DNA from: Anaerolineae bacterium
GTDB lineage: Bacteria; Chloroflexota; Anaerolineae; Aggregatilineales; Phototrophicaceae
DNA length: 64,000 nt
Assembly: GCA_021296065.1 (NCBI GenBank)
Contig: JAGWBD010000013.1
Coordinates: 731-64,730 of the forward strand
Reading direction: 5' to 3'
Of this stretch, positions 17,777 through 27,194 are shown piece by piece; position 1 is the first letter of the stretch, and each line of letters opens with the position of its first letter. Below the pieces are notes generated by a model. The model was not told the DNA's origin. It saw nothing but the letters and a program-made list of their open reading frames with translations, and made no database searches. The translations under genes and the position numbers were made by a program.

Positions 17777-19267
17777 ATGAGCGAGCGGCCCAACATCGTC
17801 ATCATCATGAGCGACCAGCAACGCGCCGACGTCTCCGCACGTGAGGGCTTCGCGCTGGATACCACGCCCTTCCTCGACAATCTGGCGACCGAAGGCACAT
17901 GGTTCAACCGCGCCTACACCTCCATGCCCGCCTGCCTGCCGGCGCGCGTCAGCATGTTGACCGGCCGTTACCCCAACGCCAGCCGCGCCCGTACCAACCA
18001 CAACGAGGAGGACGCCAGCTACGAGCGCGACCTCTACCAGTTGCTGCGTGACGCGGGCTACCGTACGGCGCTCTGCGGCAAAAACCACAGCCACGTGAAA
18101 GCCGGCGACGTGGACCACTACTTCCCGCTGGGCCATCATGGCGGCTTCGGCCCGGAGCGTACGCCGGAGGAAGTGGCATTCGACGAGTATCTGGCCGGCC
18201 TGCGTCACAGCACTGACTTCAATCCGGCGCCCGGCGGCGTGGAGGTGCAGTGTCCACACCGCGCCGTCAGCAGCGCCATCGATTTCGTCGACGACGCGCA
18301 GGACGATCCCTTCTTCCTGTGGCTCTCCTTCCCGGAGCCGCACAACCCCTATCAAGCGCCCGAGCCCTATTTTTCTCTCTTTCCGCCCGACACGTTGCCA
18401 CCCACCCTCTCCGACGTCTCCGCGTTGGAGGGCAAGAGCTTCAAGTACCAATGGTTGCGGCAGATCGGCGAGACCGCCTTCCCCGACTATGCCGAACAGT
18501 TAATTCAGGCACGCAGCAACTACTTCGCCATGCTGCGCCTGATCGACGACCAGGCGCGCCGTTTCTTCGAGCATCTGGAGGCGCGCGGCCTGCGCGACAA
18601 CACGATCATCTTCTTCCTCTCCGACCACGGCGACTACGTCGGCGAGTACGGCCTTGTGCGCAAGGGCGCCGAACTGCCGGAAGTGCTGGTGCGCATCCCC
18701 TTCCAGGTCTGCGGCCCCGGCATCCAGGCCAGCGCCGACCCCCACCCGGCGCACGTCAGCATCGTCGACATCCTGCCTACCCTCTGCGAGGCCTGCGACA
18801 TCCCGTTGCCGCCCGGCGTGCAGGGCCGCAGTTTGTGGCCCATGCTGACCGGCCAGGACTGGCCGCGCGAGGAATTCGCCAGCGCCTATGCCGAGCAGGG
18901 CTTCGGCGGCCTGCATTACACGGCGGACGACGACTTCGACCCGCAGCAGGACGGCTTTCACCCCGCCATCAGCTTCGACGAACTCAACGGCTGGACGCAG
19001 AGCGGCAACATGCGCATGCTGCGCCGCGGCGACTGGAAATTGCTCTTCGACATGCAGGGTCGCGGCCAGCTTTACAACCTGGCGCAGGACCCGGTCGAGT
19101 TGAACGACCTCTACGGCGATCCGGCCTGCGCGGCCATCCAGGGCGAGTTGCTGGCCGAACTGCTGGCCTGGACCCTGCGCGCCCAGGACCCCCTGCCGCA
19201 TCCACGACGCCGCTACCGCTTCAAATCCGACCCGCGCAATTACTGGTCGCCTTACCGGGAAACGTGA
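17777..19267 (+). CDS. Sulfatase (Cys-type, formylglycine-dependent)
   Basis: Motifs 'IVIIMSDQQRAD' and the canonical C-x-P-x-R-xxxx-T-G box 'CLPARVSMLTGR' (Cys codon at 17933). Confidence 0.88.
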   Translation: MSERPNIVIIMSDQQRADVSAREGFALDTTPFLDNLATEGTWFNRAYTSMPACLPARVSMLTGRYPNASRARTNHNEEDASYERDLYQLLRDAGYRTALCGKNHSHVKAGDVDHYFPLGHHGGFGPERTPEEVAFDEYLAGLRHSTDFNPAPGGVEVQCPHRAVSSAIDFVDDAQDDPFFLWLSFPEPHNPYQAPEPYFSLFPPDTLPPTLSDVSALEGKSFKYQWLRQIGETAFPDYAEQLIQARSNYFAMLRLIDDQARRFFEHLEARGLRDNTIIFFLSDHGDYVGEYGLVRKGAELPEVLVRIPFQVCGPGIQASADPHPAHVSIVDILPTLCEACDIPLPPGVQGRSLWPMLTGQDWPREEFASAYAEQGFGGLHYTADDDFDPQQDGFHPAISFDELNGWTQSGNMRMLRRGDWKLLFDMQGRGQLYNLAQDPVELNDLYGDPACAAIQGELLAELLAWTLRAQDPLPHPRRRYRFKSDPRNYWSPYRET

Positions 19268-19315
19268 AGCGGGCACCCTGCCAGCGCCCCTTTGACCTCA
19301 CTGTCTGACTTAAGT

Positions 19316-19660
19316 ATGCTCAGGGTCACATCGCAGCCTGACGCCGGAGCATCCGCCACGGCAACCGAAACTTCCGTACTCGATTCCCTCGACATTCGAC
19401 TGGCATGGATTGAAGGCGCCTTACCTTGTCTTGCCACGAAAGAGGACATCAGCGACCTTCGCGGCGAAATGCACACAGAAATCGCCGCGCCGGGCAACAG
19501 GACGGACGCCGGGACTGATTCGCTTCGCGGCGAGATGGGCAAGATGAATGGCGAGATTGGCGAACTTCGCGGCGATCTCAGGACCATGCGCTGGACGATG
19601 ATCCGGGCCGTATCCCTCATCGGCGCAGGGCCGGGCGTCCTGATGTTCGTGCTAAATTAG
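19316..19660 (+). CDS. DUF1640-like tail-anchored coiled-coil protein
   Basis: Pattern 'LATKEDISDLRGEM...LRGDLRTMRWTMI' followed by a C-terminal hydrophobic segment. Start uncertain (TTG at 19292 or ATG at 19316). Confidence 0.45.
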   Translation: MLRVTSQPDAGASATATETSVLDSLDIRLAWIEGALPCLATKEDISDLRGEMHTEIAAPGNRTDAGTDSLRGEMGKMNGEIGELRGDLRTMRWTMIRAVSLIGAGPGVLMFVLN

Positions 19661-19796
19661 TCCTTGGGCTCCCACCTGAATTCCCCTGTCGTAAGCTTGG
19701 CAATGGCAAGTTCAGGCCCGATCCAGGCATCTACGGCTCACCCTGCCGGAAGGCGTGCCCAGGCCCACACCCGTTTGACCTCTTCGCATCGCCGCG

Positions 19797-20039
19797 GTGT
19801 TTTCTCCCTGTCTTCGCAGCCCGTCACCGGAGCAAACAGCCATTTCTACTGAAGTCCACCATAAGACTCTTCAAAACAGGGGGCGGGAACTGGAAAGTGA
19901 GTTGGCCGGTCAAGAGACCAGAAACAACATTGAAGCTATCCGTAACGAAAGAAGGCTCATGCTTCGAGAGCTCATCCTTTGGAGACTGGCCATGGCCTTT
20001 CTGGTGTGCTTCATCTGCAAAGTGATTTACCAGTCCTGA
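19797..20039 (+). CDS. Possible second small tail-anchored coiled-coil protein or gene remnant
   Basis: The C-terminus 'RELESELAGQETRNNIEAIRNERRLMLRELILWRLAMAFLVCFICKV' has the same architecture as 19316-19660. Lies in a low-GC patch with no clear RBS. Confidence 0.2.
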   Translation: MFSPCLRSPSPEQTAISTEVHHKTLQNRGRELESELAGQETRNNIEAIRNERRLMLRELILWRLAMAFLVCFICKVIYQS

Positions 20040-20117
20040 CCGCGCGGCGATGCACTGCGCGCTTTCCCTTTGTGTGGTATGACCTTGGCCTGCAGCGGGA
20101 CAGCGGGAGGAAACAGC

Positions 20118-21641
20118 ATGGCCAGTATTCGCGTCACACCGGAACAAACGCTCGGCCGCATCAACCCCAACATCTACGGCCACTTCGCCGAGCACCTCGG
20201 CGCCTGCATCTACGAGGGCCTGTGGGTCGGCGAGGACTCGAGCATCCCCAATACCAACGGCCTGCGCGACGACGTGGTCGCCGCCCTGCGCAGCCTCGCG
20301 CCGCCGGTTATCCGCTGGCCCGGCGGCTGCTTCGCCGACGACTACCATTGGCGCGACGGCATCGGCCCGCGCGAAGAGCGTCCGCGCCGCATCAACATCT
20401 GGTGGGGCGAGGATATCGAGACCAACCACTTCGGCACGCACGAATTCATCGAACTCTGTCGCCAGACCGGCGCGCAGCCCTACGTCGTCGGCAACGTCGG
20501 CAGCGGCACGCCGGCCGAAATGCGCAACTGGATCGAATACTGCAACTTTGGCGGCGACAGCTCCCTGAGTCGCGAGCGGGCCGCCAACGGCGCGGCGGAG
20601 CCTTTCGGCGTGCACTACTGGGGCGTCGGCAACGAGAACTGGGGCTGCGGCGGCAACATGGAACCGGAGGGCTACGCCGCCGCCTACCGCCAGTTCGCCA
20701 CCTACCTGGGCGGTTTCGGCGGCCCGGACCCCTTCCTCATCGCCTGTGGCCCGTCCGGCAACGACGTCGACTGGACGCGGCGCTTCTTCGAAAAAATGCG
20801 GCGTCACTCCCGCTCGCGCATTGACGCCTTCGCCCCTCACTACTACGCCCGCTCGAGCGCCGCCGGACAAGGCGGCCTCGACGCCTGGTCCGCGGAAACC
20901 GGCTCGGCCACCGAATACGACGAGGCGCAGTGGTATGCGCAACTCCACCTGGGTCTGCAGATGGAGCCGCTGGTCTTGCAGCAGCGCGCCGCCATGGACA
21001 GCTACGATCCCGAACGGCGCATCGGCATGATCGTTGACGAATGGGGCACCTGGCATCCGCCGACGCCCGGCCGCCATCCGCGTCACCTCTGGCAGCAAAA
21101 CACCATGCGCGATGCCGTCCTGGCCGCCACGACGCTGGACATCTTCAACCGCCACGCGGACAAGGTCGTCATGGCCAACATCGCCCAGACCATCAACGTG
21201 CTGCAGGCCATGGTGCTCACCGCCGGCGACCGCATGCTGGTCACGCCCACCGGTCACGTCTACGCCATGTATCGAGCGCATCAGGGCGGCCAGAGCCTGC
21301 ACACGCGCTTCGATTGCGAAAGCCGGTCCTTCAACTTCAACGGCGAGGCGCAGGAAATGCCGCTGCTGGCCGGCTCCGCGTCGCTAAAGGGGAAGGAACT
21401 GACGCTCAGCGTGGTGAATTGCAGCGCCGGCGACGCCATTGAGACCGAAGTCAGCCTGGTGGGCGCGTCCGCGCGCGAAGTCGGGCTGACCGTGCTGGCG
21501 GGGCCGGGCATTCACGCCCACAACCGCTTCGAGGCGCCCAACCTGGTGCACCCGCAGACCCTGGCCCAGGATTCGGGCGGCAGCGCCTGGACTCAGACCT
21601 TCGCGCCCGCCTCGGTCAACGTGCTGCGGATTCTGCTGTAG
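20118..21641 (+). CDS. abfA: Alpha-L-arabinofuranosidase, GH51
   Basis: Motifs 'INPNIYGHFAEHLG', 'IRWPGGCFADDYHW' and 'WGVGNENWGCGG'. GGGAGG lies upstream of ATG 20118. Confidence 0.9.
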   Translation: MASIRVTPEQTLGRINPNIYGHFAEHLGACIYEGLWVGEDSSIPNTNGLRDDVVAALRSLAPPVIRWPGGCFADDYHWRDGIGPREERPRRINIWWGEDIETNHFGTHEFIELCRQTGAQPYVVGNVGSGTPAEMRNWIEYCNFGGDSSLSRERAANGAAEPFGVHYWGVGNENWGCGGNMEPEGYAAAYRQFATYLGGFGGPDPFLIACGPSGNDVDWTRRFFEKMRRHSRSRIDAFAPHYYARSSAAGQGGLDAWSAETGSATEYDEAQWYAQLHLGLQMEPLVLQQRAAMDSYDPERRIGMIVDEWGTWHPPTPGRHPRHLWQQNTMRDAVLAATTLDIFNRHADKVVMANIAQTINVLQAMVLTAGDRMLVTPTGHVYAMYRAHQGGQSLHTRFDCESRSFNFNGEAQEMPLLAGSASLKGKELTLSVVNCSAGDAIETEVSLVGASAREVGLTVLAGPGIHAHNRFEAPNLVHPQTLAQDSGGSAWTQTFAPASVNVLRILL

Positions 21642-21653
21642 GGTCCGGGGTCC

Positions 21654-22421
21654 TTACCAGAGCGTGTAGCCGCCGTCCACCACCAGGTCGTGCCCGGTGA
21701 CGTAGGCCGAGGCCGCCGACGCCAGATAAAGCACGGCGCCCTGCAGGTCTTCGGGCGTGCCGACACGTCCCATCGGCGTGTTGGAGACCCATTCGTCGCC
21801 CATGATTGGTATTGCGAATTCCGTCATGGGTGTGACGGTGTGGCCCGGGCTGATGCAGTTGACGCGTATGCCGCGCGCTGCCCATTCCGCCGCGCAGGAG
21901 CGCGAGTACTGGATGACGCCGGCCTTGGCCGCGTTGTAGTGCGAGTGCAACTGCGGGCGGTTGACGATCTGCCCGGACATGGAGGCGATGTTGATGATCG
22001 AACCGCTGCCGCGCGCCAGCATGGCGCGGCCCTCCGCGCGCGTGCTGAGGTAGATGCCCTTGAGGTCGATGCCCACCACCTGGTCCCAGTCGTCCTCTTC
22101 CAGCTCCTCGGCGCGGGCGCGGGTGGCGACCCCGGCGCTGTTGACCGCCACGTCCAGTTGTCCCCAGGCGTCCAGCACCTGGTCCACCATGCGCTGCACC
22201 TGGTCGGCCTGCGTCACGTCCACCTCGATGGCCAGGGTCGCCACGCCCTGCTTTTCCAGCTGCCGCGCCACCTGCTGCGCCTTGTCCAGGTCGCGGTCGG
22301 CCAGGGCGACGTTGGCGCCGGCCTCCGCCAGCGCGGCGGCCAGACAGGCGCCGATACCGCTGCCGCCGCCGGTCACCAGGGCGCTCTGCCCCCTCAGGGA
22401 GAATCGTTCGCCAACACCCAT
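21654..22421 (-). CDS. SDR-family oxidoreductase
   Basis: Motifs 'TGGGSGIG' and 'YNAAKAG' (YxxxK). ATG at 22421 with GGGAGGG upstream. Confidence 0.88.
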   Translation of the reverse strand: MGVGERFSLRGQSALVTGGGSGIGACLAAALAEAGANVALADRDLDKAQQVARQLEKQGVATLAIEVDVTQADQVQRMVDQVLDAWGQLDVAVNSAGVATRARAEELEEDDWDQVVGIDLKGIYLSTRAEGRAMLARGSGSIINIASMSGQIVNRPQLHSHYNAAKAGVIQYSRSCAAEWAARGIRVNCISPGHTVTPMTEFAIPIMGDEWVSNTPMGRVGTPEDLQGAVLYLASAASAYVTGHDLVVDGGYTLW

Positions 22422-22440
22422 GGTCGCCCTCCCCTTGTAT

Positions 22441-22472
22441 AAGACAAAGGCCTGACTGCGCCCGTCAGGCCT
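22441..22472 (-). terminator. Intrinsic terminator after tRNA-Phe
   Basis: 9-bp stem AGGCCTGAC/GTCAGGCCT with a 7-nt loop, followed by TTGTCTT on the minus strand. Confidence 0.5.
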
Positions 22473-22475
22473 CTG

Positions 22476-22548
22476 TGCCAGGGCCCGGACTCGAACCGGG
22501 GACACCCTCATTTTCAGTGAGGTACTCTACCAGCTGAGCTACCCTGGC
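22476..22548 (-). tRNA. tRNA-Phe (anticodon GAA)
   Basis: Hand-folded 73-nt cloverleaf: GCCAGGG/CCCTGGC acceptor stem, CCTCA-CTGAAAA-TGAGG anticodon arm, TTCGAGT T-loop. No encoded CCA. Confidence 0.95.
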
Positions 22549-22557
22549 GCCGCGCGC

Positions 22558-22566
22558 ACTATAGCA
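22558..22566 (-). promoter_or_regulatory. Extended -10 (TGcTATAGT) for tRNA-Phe
   Basis: Ends 9 nt upstream of the mature tRNA 5' end. Confidence 0.4.
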
Positions 22567-22636
22567 CAGCGCCCGGGCGGCAACAAGTGACTGCGCGTTG
22601 GCAAATGGCACCCTGTGTCTGCCTGAAGGAGCGAAC

Positions 22637-23503
22637 ATGACTGACCTGGAACGCCTGCAACAAGAGATTCGCGCGGCCTGCCCCAACCTGAACATTGCTG
22701 ACCTCCAAAGACTCTCGAGTGGCCAGCACTGTGACGTCCTGCTGGTAAACGAGACTCTGATCTTCCGTTTTCCACTGTATGCGGATGGCAGGGCCGGTTT
22801 GAGACGTGAAGTCGCTGTACTGGAGGGCCTGCAGGACCGTCTTCCCCTGCCGGTTCCGACCCGCCTCTTTCATCAGCTGGAGGAACCTCACCCCTTTGTC
22901 GCCTGCACCCGACTGCCCGGCGCACCCCTGTGGCGCGACACCATGGCCGCCATCGTCGACGAAGACATCGTCGAGCGCCTCGCGACGCAGTTGACGGGAT
23001 TTCTGCGGGCCCTCCACAGCCTGCCTGTCAAGACAATTGCAGCTCCCCTGCCGCTCGCCGACACAAGAGCGGTGTATGCCGACCGTTATGCCCGCATCCG
23101 GCAGCACCTGTTCCCGCGGATGCGTCCCGCCGCCAGAGAGCAGGTTGCGGCACATTTTGAACCCTGGCTGGCGGATCCTGCCAATTTCGCCTGGCAGCCC
23201 GTTTTGCGTCACGGCGATTTCGGTACCGATAATCTGCTCTATGATGCGGAAAAAGGGGAAATCTGCGGCATACTGGATTTTGACAGCCTGGGCCTGGGCG
23301 ATCCGGCGGTGGACTATGCTGGCCTGCTGGCCAGTTATGGCGCAGACTTCCTGCAACGTTGTGCCCGCTTCAATCCAGACCTTCCATCCATGCAGGAGCG
23401 CGTCCACTTCCATTACGGCACCTTCGCGCTGGAAGAGGCGCTCTTCGGCTACGAACACGGCGACGAGGCCGCGTTTGCCGCCGGCATGGCAAACTACGTG
23501 TAA
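22637..23503 (+). CDS. Aminoglycoside/choline-kinase-like phosphotransferase (APH family)
   Basis: Catalytic loop 'LRHGDFGTDNLL' and 'ILDFDSLGLGDPAVD'. AAGGAG lies upstream of ATG 22637. Confidence 0.8.
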   Translation: MTDLERLQQEIRAACPNLNIADLQRLSSGQHCDVLLVNETLIFRFPLYADGRAGLRREVAVLEGLQDRLPLPVPTRLFHQLEEPHPFVACTRLPGAPLWRDTMAAIVDEDIVERLATQLTGFLRALHSLPVKTIAAPLPLADTRAVYADRYARIRQHLFPRMRPAAREQVAAHFEPWLADPANFAWQPVLRHGDFGTDNLLYDAEKGEICGILDFDSLGLGDPAVDYAGLLASYGADFLQRCARFNPDLPSMQERVHFHYGTFALEEALFGYEHGDEAAFAAGMANYV

Positions 23504-23580
23504 CGAAGGTAAATGCGACCGCTTTTGCAACTCGCCTTGCCTCGGTAAGATTGGCGCATCGCGTTCAGGAGGCAGACGAG

Positions 23581-24210
23581 ATGAGCGAAGACGCCGCGGC
23601 CAGACTGCAGGACATCGCCGAACGGGTACGACTCTGCCAGGAGTGCGGCCTCTACCAGGGCACGACCAACGCCGTGCCCGGCAGCGGCAGCGCGACGGCC
23701 GACATCGTCTTCATCGGCGAGGGGCCCGGCTTCCATGAAGACCGGCTCGGCCTGCCTTTCGTCGGTCGCTCCGGCGATTATCTCGAATACCTGCTGGGTT
23801 TGATCGACGTGCATCGTGACGACGTCTTCATTGCCAACGTCGTCAAGCACCGCCCGCCTGACAATCGCGACCCGCGCGCGGACGAAATCTTCGCCTGCAA
23901 GCACTGGCTCGACGAACAACTGGACGTCATCCGGCCGGCCGTCATCGCCACCCTCGGCCGCTTCAGCATGGCGCGCTACTTCCCGGACGCGCGCATCAGC
24001 CGCATCCATGGCAAACCGCGCTTCGGCGGTTCCCCGGTCACGGCCTGGTACCCCCTCTTCCACCCGGCGGCCGCCCTGCGCAACCCGGGCCTGCGCCGCG
24101 ACATGGAGGCCGACATCCGTCGCCTGCCCGACCTGGTCGCCGAGGTGCGTCAGCGCCGCGCGCAGCAACAGGCAGCCGACGAGACGCCCACCCAGCTCAG
24201 CCTGTTCTGA
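23581..24210 (+). CDS. Uracil-DNA glycosylase, family 4
   Basis: Motifs 'CQECGL' and 'VFIGEGPGFHEDRLGLPFVGRSG'. Confidence 0.9.
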   Translation: MSEDAAARLQDIAERVRLCQECGLYQGTTNAVPGSGSATADIVFIGEGPGFHEDRLGLPFVGRSGDYLEYLLGLIDVHRDDVFIANVVKHRPPDNRDPRADEIFACKHWLDEQLDVIRPAVIATLGRFSMARYFPDARISRIHGKPRFGGSPVTAWYPLFHPAAALRNPGLRRDMEADIRRLPDLVAEVRQRRAQQQAADETPTQLSLF

Positions 24211-24280
24211 AGCGGGCCGCATCCCCTGGCAAATCCACAGTACACTGAAACAAGACAAGGCAGGTGTGGGGGACTCAGCC

Positions 24281-25696
24281 ATGTACTCCAGACCGTTATT
24301 CCTGCTACTACTGTCGATGATACTGTCACCGTTTCCTGTTGTCGCACAGGAAACGATGGTCGTCACGGCGGAAGAGTCGGCGCCGGCCTTCGCCTGCGCG
24401 GAGGAAGATTGCCAGCGCCTCGCCTGGCTGCCACCCGGCGCCGGCGTCCACGTCATCGGCGAGGTGGAGGGACGCGAACTGGATGGCAACACCCTGTGGT
24501 ACGAGGTGTCGCTGGACTGCCCCTGTTTTGATTACGAACACAGGTTTCTCGACAATTCGCCCACGCTTCCCGTTTCCGCAGAGGGTACCTGGACCCTGTG
24601 GCAGCCCCGCTGGTCGTCCGACGGGAGTCGCATCGCTGCCGTTGCCGGCACGGACCTGTTCGTCTGGGATTCTGCCAGCGGAAATGTGCTGACGCAGGAG
24701 TCCTACGCCCCCTTCACCTTGCTCCCTCCATCATGGTCACCGGATGGAGCAGAGATGGTGTTGGCTGGCCTGGACCAGGAAGGGCAGAAGAGTCTGTTGT
24801 TGCTGCTGGACGCCAACGGACAGTCCCTGCGACCTCTGAATGGCCACGAGGGATGGACCCTTCGCGCAGCATGGTCTCCCGACGGCAGCCGCATCGCAGC
24901 GGTGGGCGATCAGCTGCGCATTTGGGATGCTCAACGGGGACATTCTCTGCTTGCGATTGAGACCTTCGCCATTGCCTTTCACTGGTCACCAGACGGCGAG
25001 CGCATCGTCACGATCAACCATCGGGATGAAGCGGCCCAGGTGCGGGACGCTTCCAGCGCTGAACTGCTCTTTGAACTGGGCGGTGAATCAGCCGGTCAGT
25101 TGCCCTGGCTCGACTGGTCGCCGGACGGGGCGCGTTTGGTCACATTTGACGTCCTGGTGGGCACCATCCACGTCTGGGATGCAAGAGATGGACACCGCCT
25201 TGCCTCACTGGCGGAAGACGGTTCCCGCTACGTCTTTGGCGCGGACTGGTCGCCCGACGGTGCGTACATTTTTTATGTGCTGACCGGGGACCTGAGCGGC
25301 CAGATCAGACGCTGGAATGGCAAGGAGCAAGACCCGCCCCTCACGCTGTTCGACTCGGACCAGGGAATTCTGGACTTTTCACTGTCGCCTGACGGCCATT
25401 TCCTCGCTGCCGGCATAGAGGGCAAGGTCCGCATTCTGGAAACGAGCGAAGGACGACTGCTGTCCACACTGTCGCCACCGGATACTGAAACACAGGAACG
25501 GTTCAGCGGCCATGTCAGTTGGTCGCCGGACGGCAAGCGCGTTGCGGCCGCAGATTCACTGTACGGACGGCGCAGCCCCGTTGGCAGGCGCAACACAGTG
25601 GCCAGTGTCTGGGACCTGACGCTCATCCCCGAAGGGATGACCCACGCCTTCATCCACAGCAGTCTTCTCGGCAACGCAGCGCCTGGCGACGGGTGA
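24281..25696 (+). CDS. Secreted SH3-like domain + PD40/WD40-like beta-propeller protein
   Basis: Signal peptide, then a Cys-containing ~65-aa domain ending 'LWYEVSLDCPCF', then eight 'WSPDG.R(I/V)' blades. Confidence 0.7.
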   Translation: MYSRPLFLLLLSMILSPFPVVAQETMVVTAEESAPAFACAEEDCQRLAWLPPGAGVHVIGEVEGRELDGNTLWYEVSLDCPCFDYEHRFLDNSPTLPVSAEGTWTLWQPRWSSDGSRIAAVAGTDLFVWDSASGNVLTQESYAPFTLLPPSWSPDGAEMVLAGLDQEGQKSLLLLLDANGQSLRPLNGHEGWTLRAAWSPDGSRIAAVGDQLRIWDAQRGHSLLAIETFAIAFHWSPDGERIVTINHRDEAAQVRDASSAELLFELGGESAGQLPWLDWSPDGARLVTFDVLVGTIHVWDARDGHRLASLAEDGSRYVFGADWSPDGAYIFYVLTGDLSGQIRRWNGKEQDPPLTLFDSDQGILDFSLSPDGHFLAAGIEGKVRILETSEGRLLSTLSPPDTETQERFSGHVSWSPDGKRVAAADSLYGRRSPVGRRNTVASVWDLTLIPEGMTHAFIHSSLLGNAAPGDG

Positions 25697-25778
25697 CAAC
25701 GTGCGGCGCTGACGCAACTTTCTGACAAGACCAGAGTAAACTGAAGTGAACGACAGATGGTGTGCAAGGGAGGCACTC

Positions 25779-27140
25779 ATGTATTCCAGACACTTGTCGC
25801 TGCTGATTCTGTTGCTGGCGTTTGGCCTTTCATCAATTCCCCTCGCCGCGCAGGAGACGATGCTCGTCACGGCGGACGAGTCGGCGCCGGCCTTCGCCTG
25901 CGCGGGGGAAGACTGCCAGCGCCTCACCTGGCTGCCGCCTGGCGCCGGCGTCACCATCATCGCTGAGGTGGAGGGCCAGGAAATCGAGGGCAGCGCCCTG
26001 TGGTACGAAGTGTCGCTGGACTGCCCCTGTTTTAATTATGAGCGTCACTCTCTTGAAGACCTCCCCGATACCAAAGACCCGGAAAAAAACATCTGGCATC
26101 TGTGGCAGCCATACCTGTCGCCGGACGGCACACGCATTGCCACTGTCACCCGTGACGGCTTGCACGTCTGGGACGCCGCCAGCGGCAAGCGTCTGCTGCA
26201 TGAGCCGCTGGACCTTTTCCAACCTTCCAGCATGGCCTGGGCGCCGGACGGGTCGCGTATTGTGGCGGGGGGCGGTTTCCGGATCAACCATGAAGGAGAC
26301 GAGCACGTTTCGCAGGTCGAGCCGGAACGCAGCCTGCTGCTCATCAACGCCGACGGTAGTTCGCCACAGCTACTCAGCGGCCAGGCCGGTGGAGTTTGGG
26401 GCCTGGCCTGGTCCCATGATGGCACGCGTATCGCCACGGTCGGCGAGACGCTGCGCATCCTGGACGCGCAGCAGGGCGATACCCTGCTCAGCGTCGAGGC
26501 GCAGGGCATGCACCTTGCCTGGTCGCCCGACGACCGAAACATTGCCCTGATTGAGAGCGGCGCAGATCAGGAAACCAGCGTGTTGCGGCTGCGGGACGCG
26601 GTTGACGGTGGGCTTGTCGCATCAATTGAGGCAGATACCGATACACATTTTTACTTCGTTTCCTGGGCACCGGACGGCGGGCGCCTCGCCTACACGACCT
26701 ACACAACGGTCGAGCGGGAAGGCAACAGCGGCCTCGTCACCGGCAGCGCCCTGCATGTTCAGGATACATTCGGTCAGTTACCCTCGCAGACCCTGCTCAC
26801 GACATCGGGCTGGATTCTCGGCTTCGACTGGTCACCCGACGGCCGCTTCCTCGTGCTTCCGCTCAGAGGCGGCATTCATTTGCTGGACGCGGGCGACGGC
26901 CGCCGCGTCGCCAGTCTGGCGCCGGAGACCGCCCCGAATTATGGACAATGGCAAGAGGGTCGCTTCATGCTGGATTCCCTGGACTGGTCGTCGGACGGAT
27001 GGCGCGTTGTGGCCGCCGGGTCCGATCCGGCCCAAATGTTGGGAGAAATGCAATCAGCAGCCCTGGTCTGGGACCTGACGCACATCCCCGATGGTCAGAC
27101 GCGCGCCTTCATCCACAGCAGCCAGTTGGGCAGCGCCTGA
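25779..27140 (+). CDS. Secreted SH3-like domain + PD40/WD40-like beta-propeller protein (tandem paralogue)
   Basis: Same architecture as 24281-25696. AAGGGAGG lies upstream of ATG 25779. Confidence 0.7.
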   Translation: MYSRHLSLLILLLAFGLSSIPLAAQETMLVTADESAPAFACAGEDCQRLTWLPPGAGVTIIAEVEGQEIEGSALWYEVSLDCPCFNYERHSLEDLPDTKDPEKNIWHLWQPYLSPDGTRIATVTRDGLHVWDAASGKRLLHEPLDLFQPSSMAWAPDGSRIVAGGGFRINHEGDEHVSQVEPERSLLLINADGSSPQLLSGQAGGVWGLAWSHDGTRIATVGETLRILDAQQGDTLLSVEAQGMHLAWSPDDRNIALIESGADQETSVLRLRDAVDGGLVASIEADTDTHFYFVSWAPDGGRLAYTTYTTVEREGNSGLVTGSALHVQDTFGQLPSQTLLTTSGWILGFDWSPDGRFLVLPLRGGIHLLDAGDGRRVASLAPETAPNYGQWQEGRFMLDSLDWSSDGWRVVAAGSDPAQMLGEMQSAALVWDLTHIPDGQTRAFIHSSQLGSA

Positions 27141-27164
27141 ACCTATATCCAATGCAGGCCAATC

Positions 27165-27194
27165 TTGCCGCGCAGGCCCTGCGACCTGTAGAAT
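27165..27194 (+). promoter_or_regulatory. Candidate promoter TTGCCG-18-TAGAAT for the ABC exporter operon
   Basis: The CCTGTAGAATG motif is shared with the tRNA-Ala promoter. It would leave a ~130-nt leader. Confidence 0.4.

Noticed and set aside
22441-22640. Genomic island or prophage integration at tRNA-Phe, and likewise at tRNA-Ala (51389-51810)
   Set aside because: I found no integrase, no direct repeat of the tRNA 3' end, and no phage-like genes nearby. The flanking genes are ordinary small metabolic or DUF genes. The Uma2 endonuclease next to tRNA-Ala is a common stand-alone gene.
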